Shown here one piece after another: positions 50,298-61,875 of a stretch of DNA of 64,000 nt. Made by a program: the position numbers and the translations under genes. The stretch's first letter is position 1. Each line of letters begins with the position of its first letter. The notes below the pieces were generated by a model, which was not told where the DNA came from, did not search any database, and worked only from the letters and a program-made list of their open reading frames with translations. The stretch is taken from positions 576,001 to 640,000 of the forward strand of contig JAULAX010000015.1 of the NCBI GenBank assembly GCA_032654565.1, in the 5' to 3' direction. The DNA is from Anaeromyxobacteraceae bacterium. GTDB lineage: Bacteria > Myxococcota > Myxococcia > Myxococcales > Anaeromyxobacteraceae.

Positions 50298-50588
50298 TTC
50301 GAGGGGGAACAGAGAGGCAGATGGCGGTGGGGCAGGGCATCAGTTGAAGTCCAGGACCAGTGGGGATCCAGTCAGGCAGTCAGGGGGCAATCATCCATTT
50401 TCAGAAACCAAGAAGAGACAGTTTGCGATGGCGAAGACGAGGCGAAGGAGGGGCGGCAACCGAAAGGCGGCGAGGCGGAAGGCGGAGGCGAGCAGCGACG
50501 GTGGACAGGGGACCGGGACCGAGAGGGCGGTCCAGTTGGGTAGGGGCCTGAAAGTCGGTGAGGCGCTGGATAGACATCACAAGTACAT

Positions 50589-50915
50589 ATGACTGACCGA
50601 AAGCCGCCGCAGCCAGACCCGTTCTCGAACACCGAGAAGCTGATGCAGACCTTCCGGATGCCGCGCGAGCTGGTGGCCTTCCTGAGGGGCGAGGCGACGC
50701 GGCGCGGCATGGACCTCACGGCCTACGTCACCAAGGTTCTCGACGGCCTGCGGACCTACTACGGCCTGCCGGGCCCGGCGGTGAAGGCCCTCGACGAGGA
50801 CCGCGAGGCGCTCGGCATGGACCGGGCCGAGTACCTCCTCAACATCCTTTACGAGCGCAGCATCCTGGTGCGCGACAAGGGGCCTGGCTTCGACGCCAAG
50901 CGGTCCAAGAGGTAG
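50589..50915 (+). CDS. DNA-binding regulator with tandem RHH-like units
   Basis: QTFRMPRELVAFLRGEATRRGMDLTAYV and YYGLPGPAVKALDEDREALGMDRAEYL. Confidence 0.7.
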   Translation: MTDRKPPQPDPFSNTEKLMQTFRMPRELVAFLRGEATRRGMDLTAYVTKVLDGLRTYYGLPGPAVKALDEDREALGMDRAEYLLNILYERSILVRDKGPGFDAKRSKR

Positions 50916-50920
50916 CGGCC

Positions 50921-51133
50921 ATGGACTCAGCGCAAGACCTCACCGGGACGCTCTGGGACGCGCGAGACGTGGCTCGCTACCTCAAGGTGAGCCGCTCCTG
51001 GGTCTACCAGTAGGCCGAGGCCGGGCTGCTCCCCTATCTCAAGGTCGGCGGCCTCGTCCGGTTCGTGCCGGAACGGATCCGCCAGTTCGCGCTGGCCACG
51101 GCCGGCGGGCCGGGGGCAGCGCTCCGGCGGTGA
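50921..51133 (+). pseudogene. xis: excisionase (HTH_17/MerR-like) with in-frame amber stop
   Basis: LWDARDVARYLKVSRSWVYQ-TAG(51011)-AEAGLLPYLKVGGLVRF. Confidence 0.82.
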
Positions 51134-51154
51134 AGGGAAGAAGGCAGGTGCAGC

Positions 51155-52471
51155 ATGGCGGCTCCGTACCTGAAGGACGGCAAGTGGTACCTGCGGTGGA
51201 AGGACGAGAGCGGCCGGTGGCGCGGCAAGGCCTCGACGGCCCGGACCAGGACCGAGGCCAAGCGGCTCCAGGCTGAGCTGGAGCGCCGGGTCGAGCGGGT
51301 CCGGCTCGGCGTCGAGGTGGCGCTCCCAGAGGACGGCGGCGGCTCGCTGGCGTCGCTCCTGCAGTGGTGGCTCGACACCTACTCGAAGCCGAGCGCGGCC
51401 CACGCCACCAACGTCAGCACCATCCGGAAGCACTTCTTCGGGTCCGACCTGGCCACGCTCCCGCTCACCGCCGTCACCTCCGGCCGCATCGAGGCCTTCC
51501 TGCAGGCCAAGAGCGTGGAGGTCTCGCCGCAGACCCTGAACCACCTGCGCGGCTACCTCTCTCGCGCCTTCAACACGGCGCGCCGGGCCGACCGCTACCC
51601 GGGGCCGAACCCGGCCCAGGACGTGAGGAAGCGCAAGGTGCCGAAGCGGCAGCCGGACTACCTCCACACGCACGAGGTGCCGCTGCTGCTCCGCGAGCTC
51701 GACCCGCGCTGGCGCCCCATCTTCGCGGCGGCGCTCTACACCGGGCTCCGCAAGGGAGAGCTGCTGGCGCTCCGCAAGTCGGACGTGGACCTTCTGCGCC
51801 AGACGCTGATGGTGGCCCGTTCCCACGAGCGGGACACCACCAAGGGCGGCCGCGCCGAGTCGATCCCGGTCGCCACCGAGCTGGTGCCCTTCCTGCGCAT
51901 CGCCATCGCCGCCTCGCCGTCGGAGCTGGTCTTCCCGAAGCCGGACGGCACGATGATGCGGCGGGACGTGAACCTGGAGATGACGCTGCGGCGCGCACTC
52001 GGCCGCGCCGGCGTGGTCGAGGGTTACAAGCACGTCTGCCGGCGACAGGGCTGCGGCCACGTGGAGCCGGCGCAGGACCAGGCGCAGCGCCGGTGCCCCA
52101 AGGACAACCACAAGCTCTGGGTGAAGCCGGTGGTGCGGCCGATCCGGTTCCACGACCTGCGCCACTCGACGGCCAGCCTGCTCATGATGAACGGCGCCAA
52201 CCCGGCCGCGGTGCAGCGCATCCTGCGCCACAGCGACCCGAAGCTGACCACCGAGGTCTACGGCCACCTCGCGCCGGAGTACCTGCTCGCGGAGGTGGAC
52301 CGGCTCTCGTTTGGCCCCGCGGTGACCAGGTTTGCTACGCCCTTGCTACGGAGCGCGCCGGGCCCACGAAAAAAGGCCGGAACCCGGAGCGCGAAAGCCC
52401 AGGAGTTCCGGCCGTTAGGATTGGAGCGGGAAACCGGATTCGAACCGGCGACCCTCAGCTTGGGAAGCTGA
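51155..52471 (+). CDS. int: tyrosine recombinase/integrase, 3' end reading through att antisense to tRNA-Gly
   Basis: TGLRKGE (R), TKGG (K), FHDLRH (HxxR), LRHS (H), EVYGH (Y). Confidence 0.95.
   Translation: MAAPYLKDGKWYLRWKDESGRWRGKASTARTRTEAKRLQAELERRVERVRLGVEVALPEDGGGSLASLLQWWLDTYSKPSAAHATNVSTIRKHFFGSDLATLPLTAVTSGRIEAFLQAKSVEVSPQTLNHLRGYLSRAFNTARRADRYPGPNPAQDVRKRKVPKRQPDYLHTHEVPLLLRELDPRWRPIFAAALYTGLRKGELLALRKSDVDLLRQTLMVARSHERDTTKGGRAESIPVATELVPFLRIAIAASPSELVFPKPDGTMMRRDVNLEMTLRRALGRAGVVEGYKHVCRRQGCGHVEPAQDQAQRRCPKDNHKLWVKPVVRPIRFHDLRHSTASLLMMNGANPAAVQRILRHSDPKLTTEVYGHLAPEYLLAEVDRLSFGPAVTRFATPLLRSAPGPRKKAGTRSAKAQEFRPLGLERETGFEPATLSLGS
52331..52350. repeat. probable integrase arm-type site (right)
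   Basis: Identical to 34254-34273. Confidence 0.75.
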
Positions 52472-52497
52472 TGCTCTACCAACTGAGCTATTCCCGC
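52422..52497 (-). tRNA. tRNA-Gly (anticodon CCC)
   Basis: 76 nt GCGGGAATAGCTCAGTTGGTAGAGC...TCAGC-TTCCCAA-GCTGA...GGTTCGAATCC...TCCCGCTCCA with encoded CCA. Confidence 0.98.
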
Positions 52498-52566
52498 GTC
52501 GGGCGACAGATCTGCCTCGATACCGGGGGGCGAGTCAAGGAGTTCGGGCCGCGCTAGACTCGCGGC

Positions 52567-53259
52567 GTGACCGACCAGGAACGCGACATCGCCGAGGGGC
52601 TGGCCGAGCTGCACGCCCGCTGGAACGACCGGATCGCCGCCACCCCGGCCCGCACCGACCCGAAGCCGCAGGGGGACGGCGGCCCCAACCGCCACGGCAT
52701 GCCGGTCGAGCCGCCCGGCCAGAACGTCTTCGAGCAGGCCGAGTGGCCGGTGCTCGACATCGGCCAGACCCCGGCCATCGAGCCGGCCCGCTGGAGGCTC
52801 ACCATCGACGGCGCCGTGGCCCGGCCGCAGGCACTCGGCTGGGACCAGTTCCAGGCCCTGCCGCAGGTGGACGACCTGCAGGACTTCCACTGCGTCACCG
52901 GCTGGTCGATCCTCGACATGAGGTTCCGCGGCGTCCGCTTCGAGACCCTGGCGGCGCTGGCCCGGCCGACCGCCGAGGCCACCCACGTCATGTGCCACGC
53001 CGCCGACGGCTACTCCACCAACCTGCCGCTCGAGGAGGCGCTCAAGCCGGACGTGCTGCTGGTCCACGCCCTCGGCGGCCAGCCGCTGGCCGTCGACCAC
53101 GGGGGGCCGGTGCGCATGGTGGTGCCGGAGCTCTGGGCCTGGAAGGGCGCCAAGTGGATCAACCGGCTGGAGTTCCTCACCCACGACCGGCGCGGCTACT
53201 GGGAGATCCGCGGCTACAGCAACACCGCGCACCCGTGGCGCGACGACCGGATGTGGTGA
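52567..53259 (+). CDS. molybdopterin-dependent oxidoreductase (sulfite-oxidase-like, YuiH-type)
   Basis: DFHCVTGWS, GYSTNLPL, HGGPVR, WKGAKW, GYWEIRGYS. Confidence 0.9.
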   Translation: MTDQERDIAEGLAELHARWNDRIAATPARTDPKPQGDGGPNRHGMPVEPPGQNVFEQAEWPVLDIGQTPAIEPARWRLTIDGAVARPQALGWDQFQALPQVDDLQDFHCVTGWSILDMRFRGVRFETLAALARPTAEATHVMCHAADGYSTNLPLEEALKPDVLLVHALGGQPLAVDHGGPVRMVVPELWAWKGAKWINRLEFLTHDRRGYWEIRGYSNTAHPWRDDRMW

Positions 53260-53290
53260 TGGGGAGGCGCCGCGTCGGCGGCGCCGGGCG

Positions 53291-53674
53291 TCACTTCTTC
53301 TTGGCGAAGGCCCGGAAGAAGCCAGCCAGCTCCTTCGACGCCGCCTTGAAGTCGATGGTCTCGGGAACGTCGTCGACGTCCTCGCCCTCGACCCACAGCC
53401 CGCCGCAGGACTCGCAGGTGTCGTAGTGGAGCGAGAGCTTCTCCCCGCCCTCCACCACCACCAGGTCCACGTTGCAGGCCGGGCAGGTGCCCGCCAGCTC
53501 GTCGACGTTGATCTGGCCGCCGATGGCGGTCAGCGCCGGGAGGTTGGAGTGCAGCAGGATCTTGGTCAGGTCCGAACCGTCGACCCAGAGGCCACCACAC
53601 TCGGCGCACCGGTTGACGGAGCTGTCCTCCTGCGTGATGGCGGCGAGTTCAACGCTGCACCGAGGGCAATCCAT
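53291..53674 (-). CDS. tandem zf-TFIIB zinc-ribbon protein
   Basis: CPRC, CAECGGLW, CPAC, CESCGGLW. Confidence 0.85.
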   Translation of the reverse strand: MDCPRCSVELAAITQEDSSVNRCAECGGLWVDGSDLTKILLHSNLPALTAIGGQINVDELAGTCPACNVDLVVVEGGEKLSLHYDTCESCGGLWVEGEDVDDVPETIDFKAASKELAGFFRAFAKKK

Positions 53675-53793
53675 GACGTGTCAGGTCCTCCTTCGGGACC
53701 GTGGGGCGCTGCGAATCAATGAGTGATGGGGTTCAAGCGTGAGCCGGGAGAGGCGCGTATGGCGGGAACCTTAGTCGAACTGGGCGGCGGCGA

Positions 53794-54449
53794 TCAACGT
53801 CCATGCGGGCCGGCCTCGCCGACGGCGAGGCGCAGCGCGTCGATCAGCCGCCGCAGCCGCTCGGCGTGGAGCTTCAGGGCCACCCGGTTGACGATGAGCC
53901 GGGCGCTCACCGCCAGCACCTCCTCGGCCACCACCAGGCCGTTGGCCTTGAGGGTCTCGCCGGTCTCGGTGATGTCGACGATGCCGTCGGCCAGCCCCAG
54001 CGACGGGGCCACCTCGATGGAGCCGTGCAGGTGGATGATCTCGGCGGGCAGCCCCTTGGCGGCGAAGTGGCGGCTGGCCAGGTTGGTGTACTTGGTGGCG
54101 ATGCGCGGGGCCACGCCCTTGGGGAGCGGCTTCATGCCGCGGGGCCAGGCCACGATCACGGCGCAGCGGCCGATGCCGAGGTCGAGCGGCTCGTAGAGGT
54201 CGCGCGGCTCCTCGCGCAGCACGTCCAGGCCGGCCACCCCCACCGAGGCGGCGCCGTGCTCCACGTAGCTGGCCACGTCGGCGGCGCGGATGGAGATGAA
54301 GCGCAGGCCGGCCTCGGGGGCGTCGGCGTGGAGCCGGCGGGTGCCGGAGAGCAGGGCCTTGGGCGAGACCCCCACCGCCCGCTCGAAGAGCAGCGAGGCC
54401 TCGTCGAGGAGCCGCCCCTTGGGCACCGCCACCGTGAGCAGGTCGGTCG

Positions 54450-54453
<4 letters not shown>
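53794..54453 (-). CDS. hisG: ATP phosphoribosyltransferase, short form
   Basis: [37 protein letters not shown]. Confidence 0.95.
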
Positions 54454-55715
<1,262 letters not shown>

Positions 55716-55759
55716 GGTGTCGTTCGGTGCGCCCAGGCGACGGCCCGGCGCCGGGGATA

Positions 55760-56626
55760 CTACGCGGCCGGGGCGGCGGCCGCCATCCGCGCCAGGGTGA
55801 GCCGGGGGAGCCCGGAGAGATCGCGCCGGGGCTCGGCGCTGGCGAACCCGGCGGCCCGGCAGAGGGCCGGCAGGGACTCGAGGTGCGACTCGTGCATCTC
55901 CAGCAGCAGGGTGCCGCCGGGGGCGAGCCGGGCCGGGGCCCCGGCCACCACCCGCCGCAGCACGGCGAGCCCGTCGGCGCCGCCGTCGAGCGCCAGCCGC
56001 GGCTCGCGCAGCACCTCGCGCTGCAGGCCGGCCAGCTCGCCGGAGGGGACGTAGGGGGGGTTGGAGACGATCAGGTCGAAGCGGACGCCGGGCGGCAGCG
56101 GCGCGTAGAGGTCGCCGCAGAGGAAGGCGACCTCGGCGCCGAGCGCGGCGGCGTTGGCGCTGGCCACCTCGAGCGCCTCGGGGGAGAGGTCGACGGCGGT
56201 GACCGCGGCGCCGGGGCGCCCCAGCTTGAGCGCGAGGGCCAGCGCCCCCGACCCGGTGCCGAGGTCGAGCGCCGCCCCGCCGTCGCCCAGCGCGGCCAGC
56301 CCCAGCTCGACCAGCTGCTCGGTCTCGGGGCGGGGGATGAGCACCCGGGCGTCGACCGCCAGCCGGTGGCCGAAGAACTCGCGGGCCCCGGTCAGGTAGG
56401 CGGTCGGCTCGCCGCCGGCGCGCCGCTTCACCAGGTCGCGGTAGCGCCCCAGCTCCGGGTCGCCCAGCGGCTTGTCGAAGTCGAGGTAGAGCCGCACCCG
56501 GTCGCAGCCCAGGGCGTGGGCCAGCAGCAGCTCGGCGGTGAGCCGCGGCGCGTCCACGCCCTTGCCGGCGAAGAACCCCTGCGTCCAGGCCAGCAGCTTG
56601 AGCGGCGTCCAGGCGTCGTCGGCCAC
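55760..56626 (-). CDS. prmC: release factor glutamine methyltransferase
   Basis: [21 protein letters not shown]. Confidence 0.96.
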   Translation of the reverse strand: MADDAWTPLKLLAWTQGFFAGKGVDAPRLTAELLLAHALGCDRVRLYLDFDKPLGDPELGRYRDLVKRRAGGEPTAYLTGAREFFGHRLAVDARVLIPRPETEQLVELGLAALGDGGAALDLGTGSGALALALKLGRPGAAVTAVDLSPEALEVASANAAALGAEVAFLCGDLYAPLPPGVRFDLIVSNPPYVPSGELAGLQREVLREPRLALDGGADGLAVLRRVVAGAPARLAPGGTLLLEMHESHLESLPALCRAAGFASAEPRRDLSGLPRLTLARMAAAAPAA

Positions 56627-56655
56627 TCAGGGCACCCGTGAGCCGACCAGGCGGG

Positions 56656-57783
<1,128 letters not shown>

Positions 57784-57838
57784 GGGAGGGCCTGTTTACC
57801 CTCGTCCGGCCGGCCCGGGCAAGCCGGAGGCGGGGGCG

Positions 57839-58702
57839 CTACCGCCCCAGCCACAGGTCGCCGAGCGCGCAGGCGGCGAAGGCCACCGAGGCGAAGGCGT
57901 TGTAGTCGAAGAAGGCGACGTTGAGCCGGTCCGGCCGCAAGACCCCGCCGGGCGCCACGTGGCGGTGCTCGAGCAGCAGCACGCCCCCCAGCACCGCGCT
58001 CCCCAGCAGCCAGAGCGGGCCGCGCCCGGCCAGCGGCCCGGCGGCGGTCACCGCCACCACCGCCAGCAGGTGCAGCCCGCGCGCCCAGCGCAGCGCCCCG
58101 GCCACGCCGAAGCGGGCCGGGATGGAGTGGAGCCCGGCCCCGCGGTCGAAGTCGACGTCCTGCAGCGACCAGAACAGGTCGAAGCCGGCGATCCAGGCCC
58201 CCACCCCGAGGCCGAGCACGATGGAGGCGGCCGGCGCCGCCCCGGTGAGGGCGATGGCCACGCCGATGGGGGCGAGCATCTGGGCCACGCCCAGCCAGAG
58301 GTGGCAGGCCCAGGTGAAGCGCTTGGCGAAGGAGTAGCCGAGCAGGACGCCGAGCACCGGGGCGGCCAGCCAGCCGGTCAGCGGCGAGATCAGCGCGGCG
58401 CCGAGGACGAAGGCGCCGCCCGACCCGAGCAGCAGCGCCCAGGCGGCCAGCGGCGAGACCTCGCCGGTCACCAGCTCGCGCTTCGCGGTGCGCGGGTTCA
58501 TGGCGTCGAAGCGCCGGTCGGCGATCCGGTTCATGGCCATGGCGGCGGTGCGGGCCGCCACCACGCAGAGGGCCACCAGGCCGAGCCGGACGGCGTCGAG
58601 CCGGGCGTCGCGGGCCACCAGCACCACCGCGGCGGCGGCGAAGGGGAGGGCGAAGAGCGAGTGCGACAGCCTCACCATGCGGGCCAGGGCGGCGACGGTC
58701 AC
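57839..58702 (-). CDS. UbiA-family prenyltransferase (MqnP-like)
   Basis: HSLFALPF, NRIADRRFDAMNPRT, QDVDFD; in the mqn cluster. Confidence 0.9.
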   Translation of the reverse strand: MTVAALARMVRLSHSLFALPFAAAAVVLVARDARLDAVRLGLVALCVVAARTAAMAMNRIADRRFDAMNPRTAKRELVTGEVSPLAAWALLLGSGGAFVLGAALISPLTGWLAAPVLGVLLGYSFAKRFTWACHLWLGVAQMLAPIGVAIALTGAAPAASIVLGLGVGAWIAGFDLFWSLQDVDFDRGAGLHSIPARFGVAGALRWARGLHLLAVVAVTAAGPLAGRGPLWLLGSAVLGGVLLLEHRHVAPGGVLRPDRLNVAFFDYNAFASVAFAACALGDLWLGR

Positions 58703-59919
58703 GGGACCTCCGGGCGGTGGCGGGCCAGCCACTCGACGCGGCGGCCGAGCGGCCCATCGCCGGTGACCAGGAAGCGGAAGGGGTCGCTGACGGTGGCGCC
58801 GTCGAGGGGCGCCGCCAGCAGCCCCGGCACGGTGTTGGGGGCGAGCCGGCCGACGGTGGGGGCGCCGACCGCGGCGCCGTTCCAGGCCAGCGGCAGCAGG
58901 TCGGCGGCGAGGACCTCCGGGAAGGCGGCGTGGAGCGCGGCCAGCTCGGCCAGCGGCGCCAGCGACGGGGAGGAGGCGAGCGAGTCGGTCCCGATGGCCA
59001 GCGGGACGCCGGCGGCCAGCAGCCGCGCCAGCGGCGGGAGGGAACCACCGATGTGCCTGTTGGATCGCGGGCACAGCACGGCGGTGGCGCCGCAGGCGGC
59101 CAGCGCCAGGAGGTCGTCGTCGTCGAGATCGACGAGGTGCACGGCCAGCCAGCCGGCCCCGAGGTGCGGCGCCGCCAGGGCCACCGCCGAGCGGGCCCAG
59201 CCCGGCTGCCCGGGCGGTCCGCCCATGCGGGCGCGCAGCGCCGCGAAGGGACCCTCCCCGGTGGCGACGAACTGCCGCTCGGCGGGATCCTCGGCGAGGT
59301 GGAGCGAGGCAGGCGGGCCGGAGAGCAGCTCGAGCAGGCCGGCCGGGGCGGTGGAGTAGACGGCGTGCGGGCTCTCCACCACGCGCAGGCCGGGCGCCGG
59401 GGGCGCGGCGGCGCGGCGGGTGCGGGCGGCCTCGCGGGCGGCGGCGAGCCGCTCCGGGGCGGCGCCGAAGACCTCGTGGAAGATGGTGCCGGAGAGCCCG
59501 GCGGCGGCGAGCGGCGCGAGCGAGTCGAGCGTGTTGGAGACGTCACCCACCGCGGCCACGCCGGCCTCGCCGAGCTGGGCGGCGGCGCGCGCCATGGCCG
59601 GGGCGGCCTGGGCGGCGTCGGCGGCGACGCGGGCCTTCACGAAGGTCTCGATCCAGGCCGGCAGGCCGGCGCCGCCGGGGACCGCGCCGGCCAGGTGGGA
59701 GAGCTCGAGGTGGAGGTGGGCGTTCACCAGCGCCGGCAGCAGCACGGCGTCGTGCCGCTCGGGAGGGCCGAAGCGGGCGGAGAGCGCGGCCACCGCCCCG
59801 ACCGCCACCACCACGTCGCCGTCGAGCGCCACCGCCCCGTCGCGCAGCGCCGCCGGCTCCGCCCCGGCGACGGCCGGCGCCCCGAGGAGCACCCAGGGGG
59901 CGGAGAGGAGTCGGGTCAC
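58699..59919 (-). CDS. amidohydrolase, probable aminofutalosine deaminase
   Basis: VNAHLHLE, PHAVYS, HLAE, CPRSN, GTDSLAS; mqn context. Confidence 0.8.
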   Translation of the reverse strand: MTRLLSAPWVLLGAPAVAGAEPAALRDGAVALDGDVVVAVGAVAALSARFGPPERHDAVLLPALVNAHLHLELSHLAGAVPGGAGLPAWIETFVKARVAADAAQAAPAMARAAAQLGEAGVAAVGDVSNTLDSLAPLAAAGLSGTIFHEVFGAAPERLAAAREAARTRRAAAPPAPGLRVVESPHAVYSTAPAGLLELLSGPPASLHLAEDPAERQFVATGEGPFAALRARMGGPPGQPGWARSAVALAAPHLGAGWLAVHLVDLDDDDLLALAACGATAVLCPRSNRHIGGSLPPLARLLAAGVPLAIGTDSLASSPSLAPLAELAALHAAFPEVLAADLLPLAWNGAAVGAPTVGRLAPNTVPGLLAAPLDGATVSDPFRFLVTGDGPLGRRVEWLARHRPEVP

Positions 59920-59980
59920 GGGTGCGCCGCCCCGGGCGAGGCGACGTGGCGCCAGGCGCCGCCAGGGTGTCCGGCGCGGG

Positions 59981-61858
59981 TCACGTCGCCAGGCCGGGAA
60001 GCCGGTCGTAGCGCATGTTGCGCCGCGACGGCCGGAAGCCGGCGTCGCGGATGTGCCGCTCCACCTCCTCCGAGTCCATCTTGAAGGTGGTGCCGGCCGC
60101 CGAGACCACGTTCTCCTCGATCATCACCTGGCCGAAGTCGTCGCAGCCCATGTGCAGGGCGGCCTGGGCCACGCCGCCGCCCATGGTCACCCAGGAGGCC
60201 TGCAGGTGCGGGACGTTGTCGAGGAAGAGCCGGGCCAGGGCGTTGGTGCGCAGGTAGGCGTGGGCGCTGCCGTCGGAGGCTTGCAGCCGGGTGTTGGAGG
60301 ACTGGAAGGGCCAGCAGATGAAGGCGGTGAAGCCGTGGGTCTCATCCTGCAGGTCGCGCAGCCGCTGCAGGTGGTTGACCCGGTGGCGCGGCTCCTCGCC
60401 GACGCCGAACATCAGGGTGGCGGTGCTCCTCAGCCCGGCCAGGTGGGCGGTCCGCATCACCGTCAGCCACTCGTCGGTGGAGCACTTGAGCGGGGCGATG
60501 CGCCGGCGCACCTCGTCGTCGAGGATCTCGGCGCCGCCGCCGGGGATGGAGTCCATGCCGGCCGCCATGAGCCGGCGGATGGTCGGCTCCAGCGGCAGCT
60601 CGCTGGTGCGGGCGATGTGCCAGATCTCCTCGGGGGAGAGGGCGTGCAGGCTGATGGCCGGGTAGGTGGACTTCACCCAGCGGAAGAGCTCCTCGTAGTA
60701 CTCGATGCCCAGGTCGGGGTGGAGCCCGCCCTGCAGCAGCAGCTCGATGCCGCCCAGCGCCAGGGTCTCCTCGATCTTGACCGCCAGCTCCTCGCGGGTC
60801 AGCACGTAGGCCTCGCGGTGGCCGCGGGGGCGGTAGAAGGCGCAGAAGTGGCAGGCGGTGGTGCAGACGTTGGTGTAGTTGACGTTGCGCGAGACGATGT
60901 AGGTGACCACGCCGTCGCCGTGCAGGGCCCGGCGGCGGGCGTCGGCGGCCAGCCCCAGCTCCAGCAGCGGGGCCTGCTCGTCGAGCAGCTCGGCCTCGTC
61001 GGCGTCGATGCGCTCGCCGTCTGCACCCTTCTGCAGCGCGGTGTCGAGCGAGACCACCCGGCGGATCCGCTTGCTGATGACGTGGTCGTCGGCGTAGCGG
61101 ACCACGGTGGGGGGCAGGTAGCCCTTCTCGGCGCTGAGGCGCAGGAAGGTCTCCATCCCGGTCATCTCGAAGGGGCCGACGCCGTAGCGGATCCGCTGGG
61201 TCAGGTAGCGGCGGTACTTCTCCGGGTCGCCGCCCTTCTGGCGGGCGAACTCCTGCGCCAGCTCGGTGCGGATCCCCTGGCCGTGCTGCGCCGCCCGGGC
61301 CAGCTCCTGCACGTCCTCCGGCTTCAGCACCCCGGGCCGGGCCGCCCAGACCGCGAAGACCATGGGCAGGCCGGTGAGCCGGTTCCACTCCTTGGAGAGG
61401 TCGAGGACGTGGGGCTTCTTGACGTCGAAGGCCCGGTCGCCGATCACCAGCGCGCCCCTGGTCCCCACCGCCCGGGCCACCCCCTCCACGGCCGGCAGCG
61501 GCGTGAACTTCGGGTGGAGGCCCATGGCGTCGAGCACCAGCCTGGCCAGCACCACCGAGGTGCGCGAGGCGGTGTCGAGGAAGACCTCGTCCCAGCTGGC
61601 GGCCGGCTGCTCGCCCACCAGCAGCACCGTCTGCACCGCCCCGTCGGCGCCCACCGCCATGCCCGGGGCGATCTCGTAGTCCTTCCCGGCCAGCGCCCCC
61701 ACCGGCAGCAGCGCCAGGTCGACCTCTCCGGCCTCCAGCAGCGCCGCGCACTGCGCCGGCTCGGCCAGCACCAGCTCGATGCGCGCCGAGTCCTTGAGCC
61801 CCTCGGTGAGGGGCCAGGCGTTGAGGAAGGAGACGGCGGCGGCCTTGAGCTTCGGCAT
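59981..61858 (-). CDS. mqnC: MqnA (chorismate dehydratase)-MqnC (cyclic dehypoxanthine futalosine synthase) fusion
   Basis: N-terminal VSFLNAWPL, SRTS, LVIGDRA, GLPMVFAVW; C-terminal NYTNVCTTACHFCAF, LLQGGLHP, PGGGAEIL, EENVV. Confidence 0.9.
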   Translation of the reverse strand: MPKLKAAAVSFLNAWPLTEGLKDSARIELVLAEPAQCAALLEAGEVDLALLPVGALAGKDYEIAPGMAVGADGAVQTVLLVGEQPAASWDEVFLDTASRTSVVLARLVLDAMGLHPKFTPLPAVEGVARAVGTRGALVIGDRAFDVKKPHVLDLSKEWNRLTGLPMVFAVWAARPGVLKPEDVQELARAAQHGQGIRTELAQEFARQKGGDPEKYRRYLTQRIRYGVGPFEMTGMETFLRLSAEKGYLPPTVVRYADDHVISKRIRRVVSLDTALQKGADGERIDADEAELLDEQAPLLELGLAADARRRALHGDGVVTYIVSRNVNYTNVCTTACHFCAFYRPRGHREAYVLTREELAVKIEETLALGGIELLLQGGLHPDLGIEYYEELFRWVKSTYPAISLHALSPEEIWHIARTSELPLEPTIRRLMAAGMDSIPGGGAEILDDEVRRRIAPLKCSTDEWLTVMRTAHLAGLRSTATLMFGVGEEPRHRVNHLQRLRDLQDETHGFTAFICWPFQSSNTRLQASDGSAHAYLRTNALARLFLDNVPHLQASWVTMGGGVAQAALHMGCDDFGQVMIEENVVSAAGTTFKMDSEEVERHIRDAGFRPSRRNMRYDRLPGLAT

Positions 61859-61875
61859 GGGGGGGACCTTCGGCG

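Larger units (their letters stand above)
34091..52466. mobile_element. 18.4-kb integrative element/genomic island in tRNA-Gly(CCC)
   Basis: 47-bp direct repeats, tyrosine integrase abutting the tRNA, xis remnant, visibly lower-GC cargo; no capsid, replicase or conjugation genes recognised. Confidence 0.95.

Noticed and set aside
51011..51013. Pyrrolysine or programmed read-through of the xis amber codon
   Set aside because: No pyl genes or other in-frame ambers seen in the window; a nonsense mutation or read error is simpler
34138..52419. Intact prophage or conjugative element
   Set aside because: No terminase, capsid, tail, relaxase, T4SS or primase genes recognised
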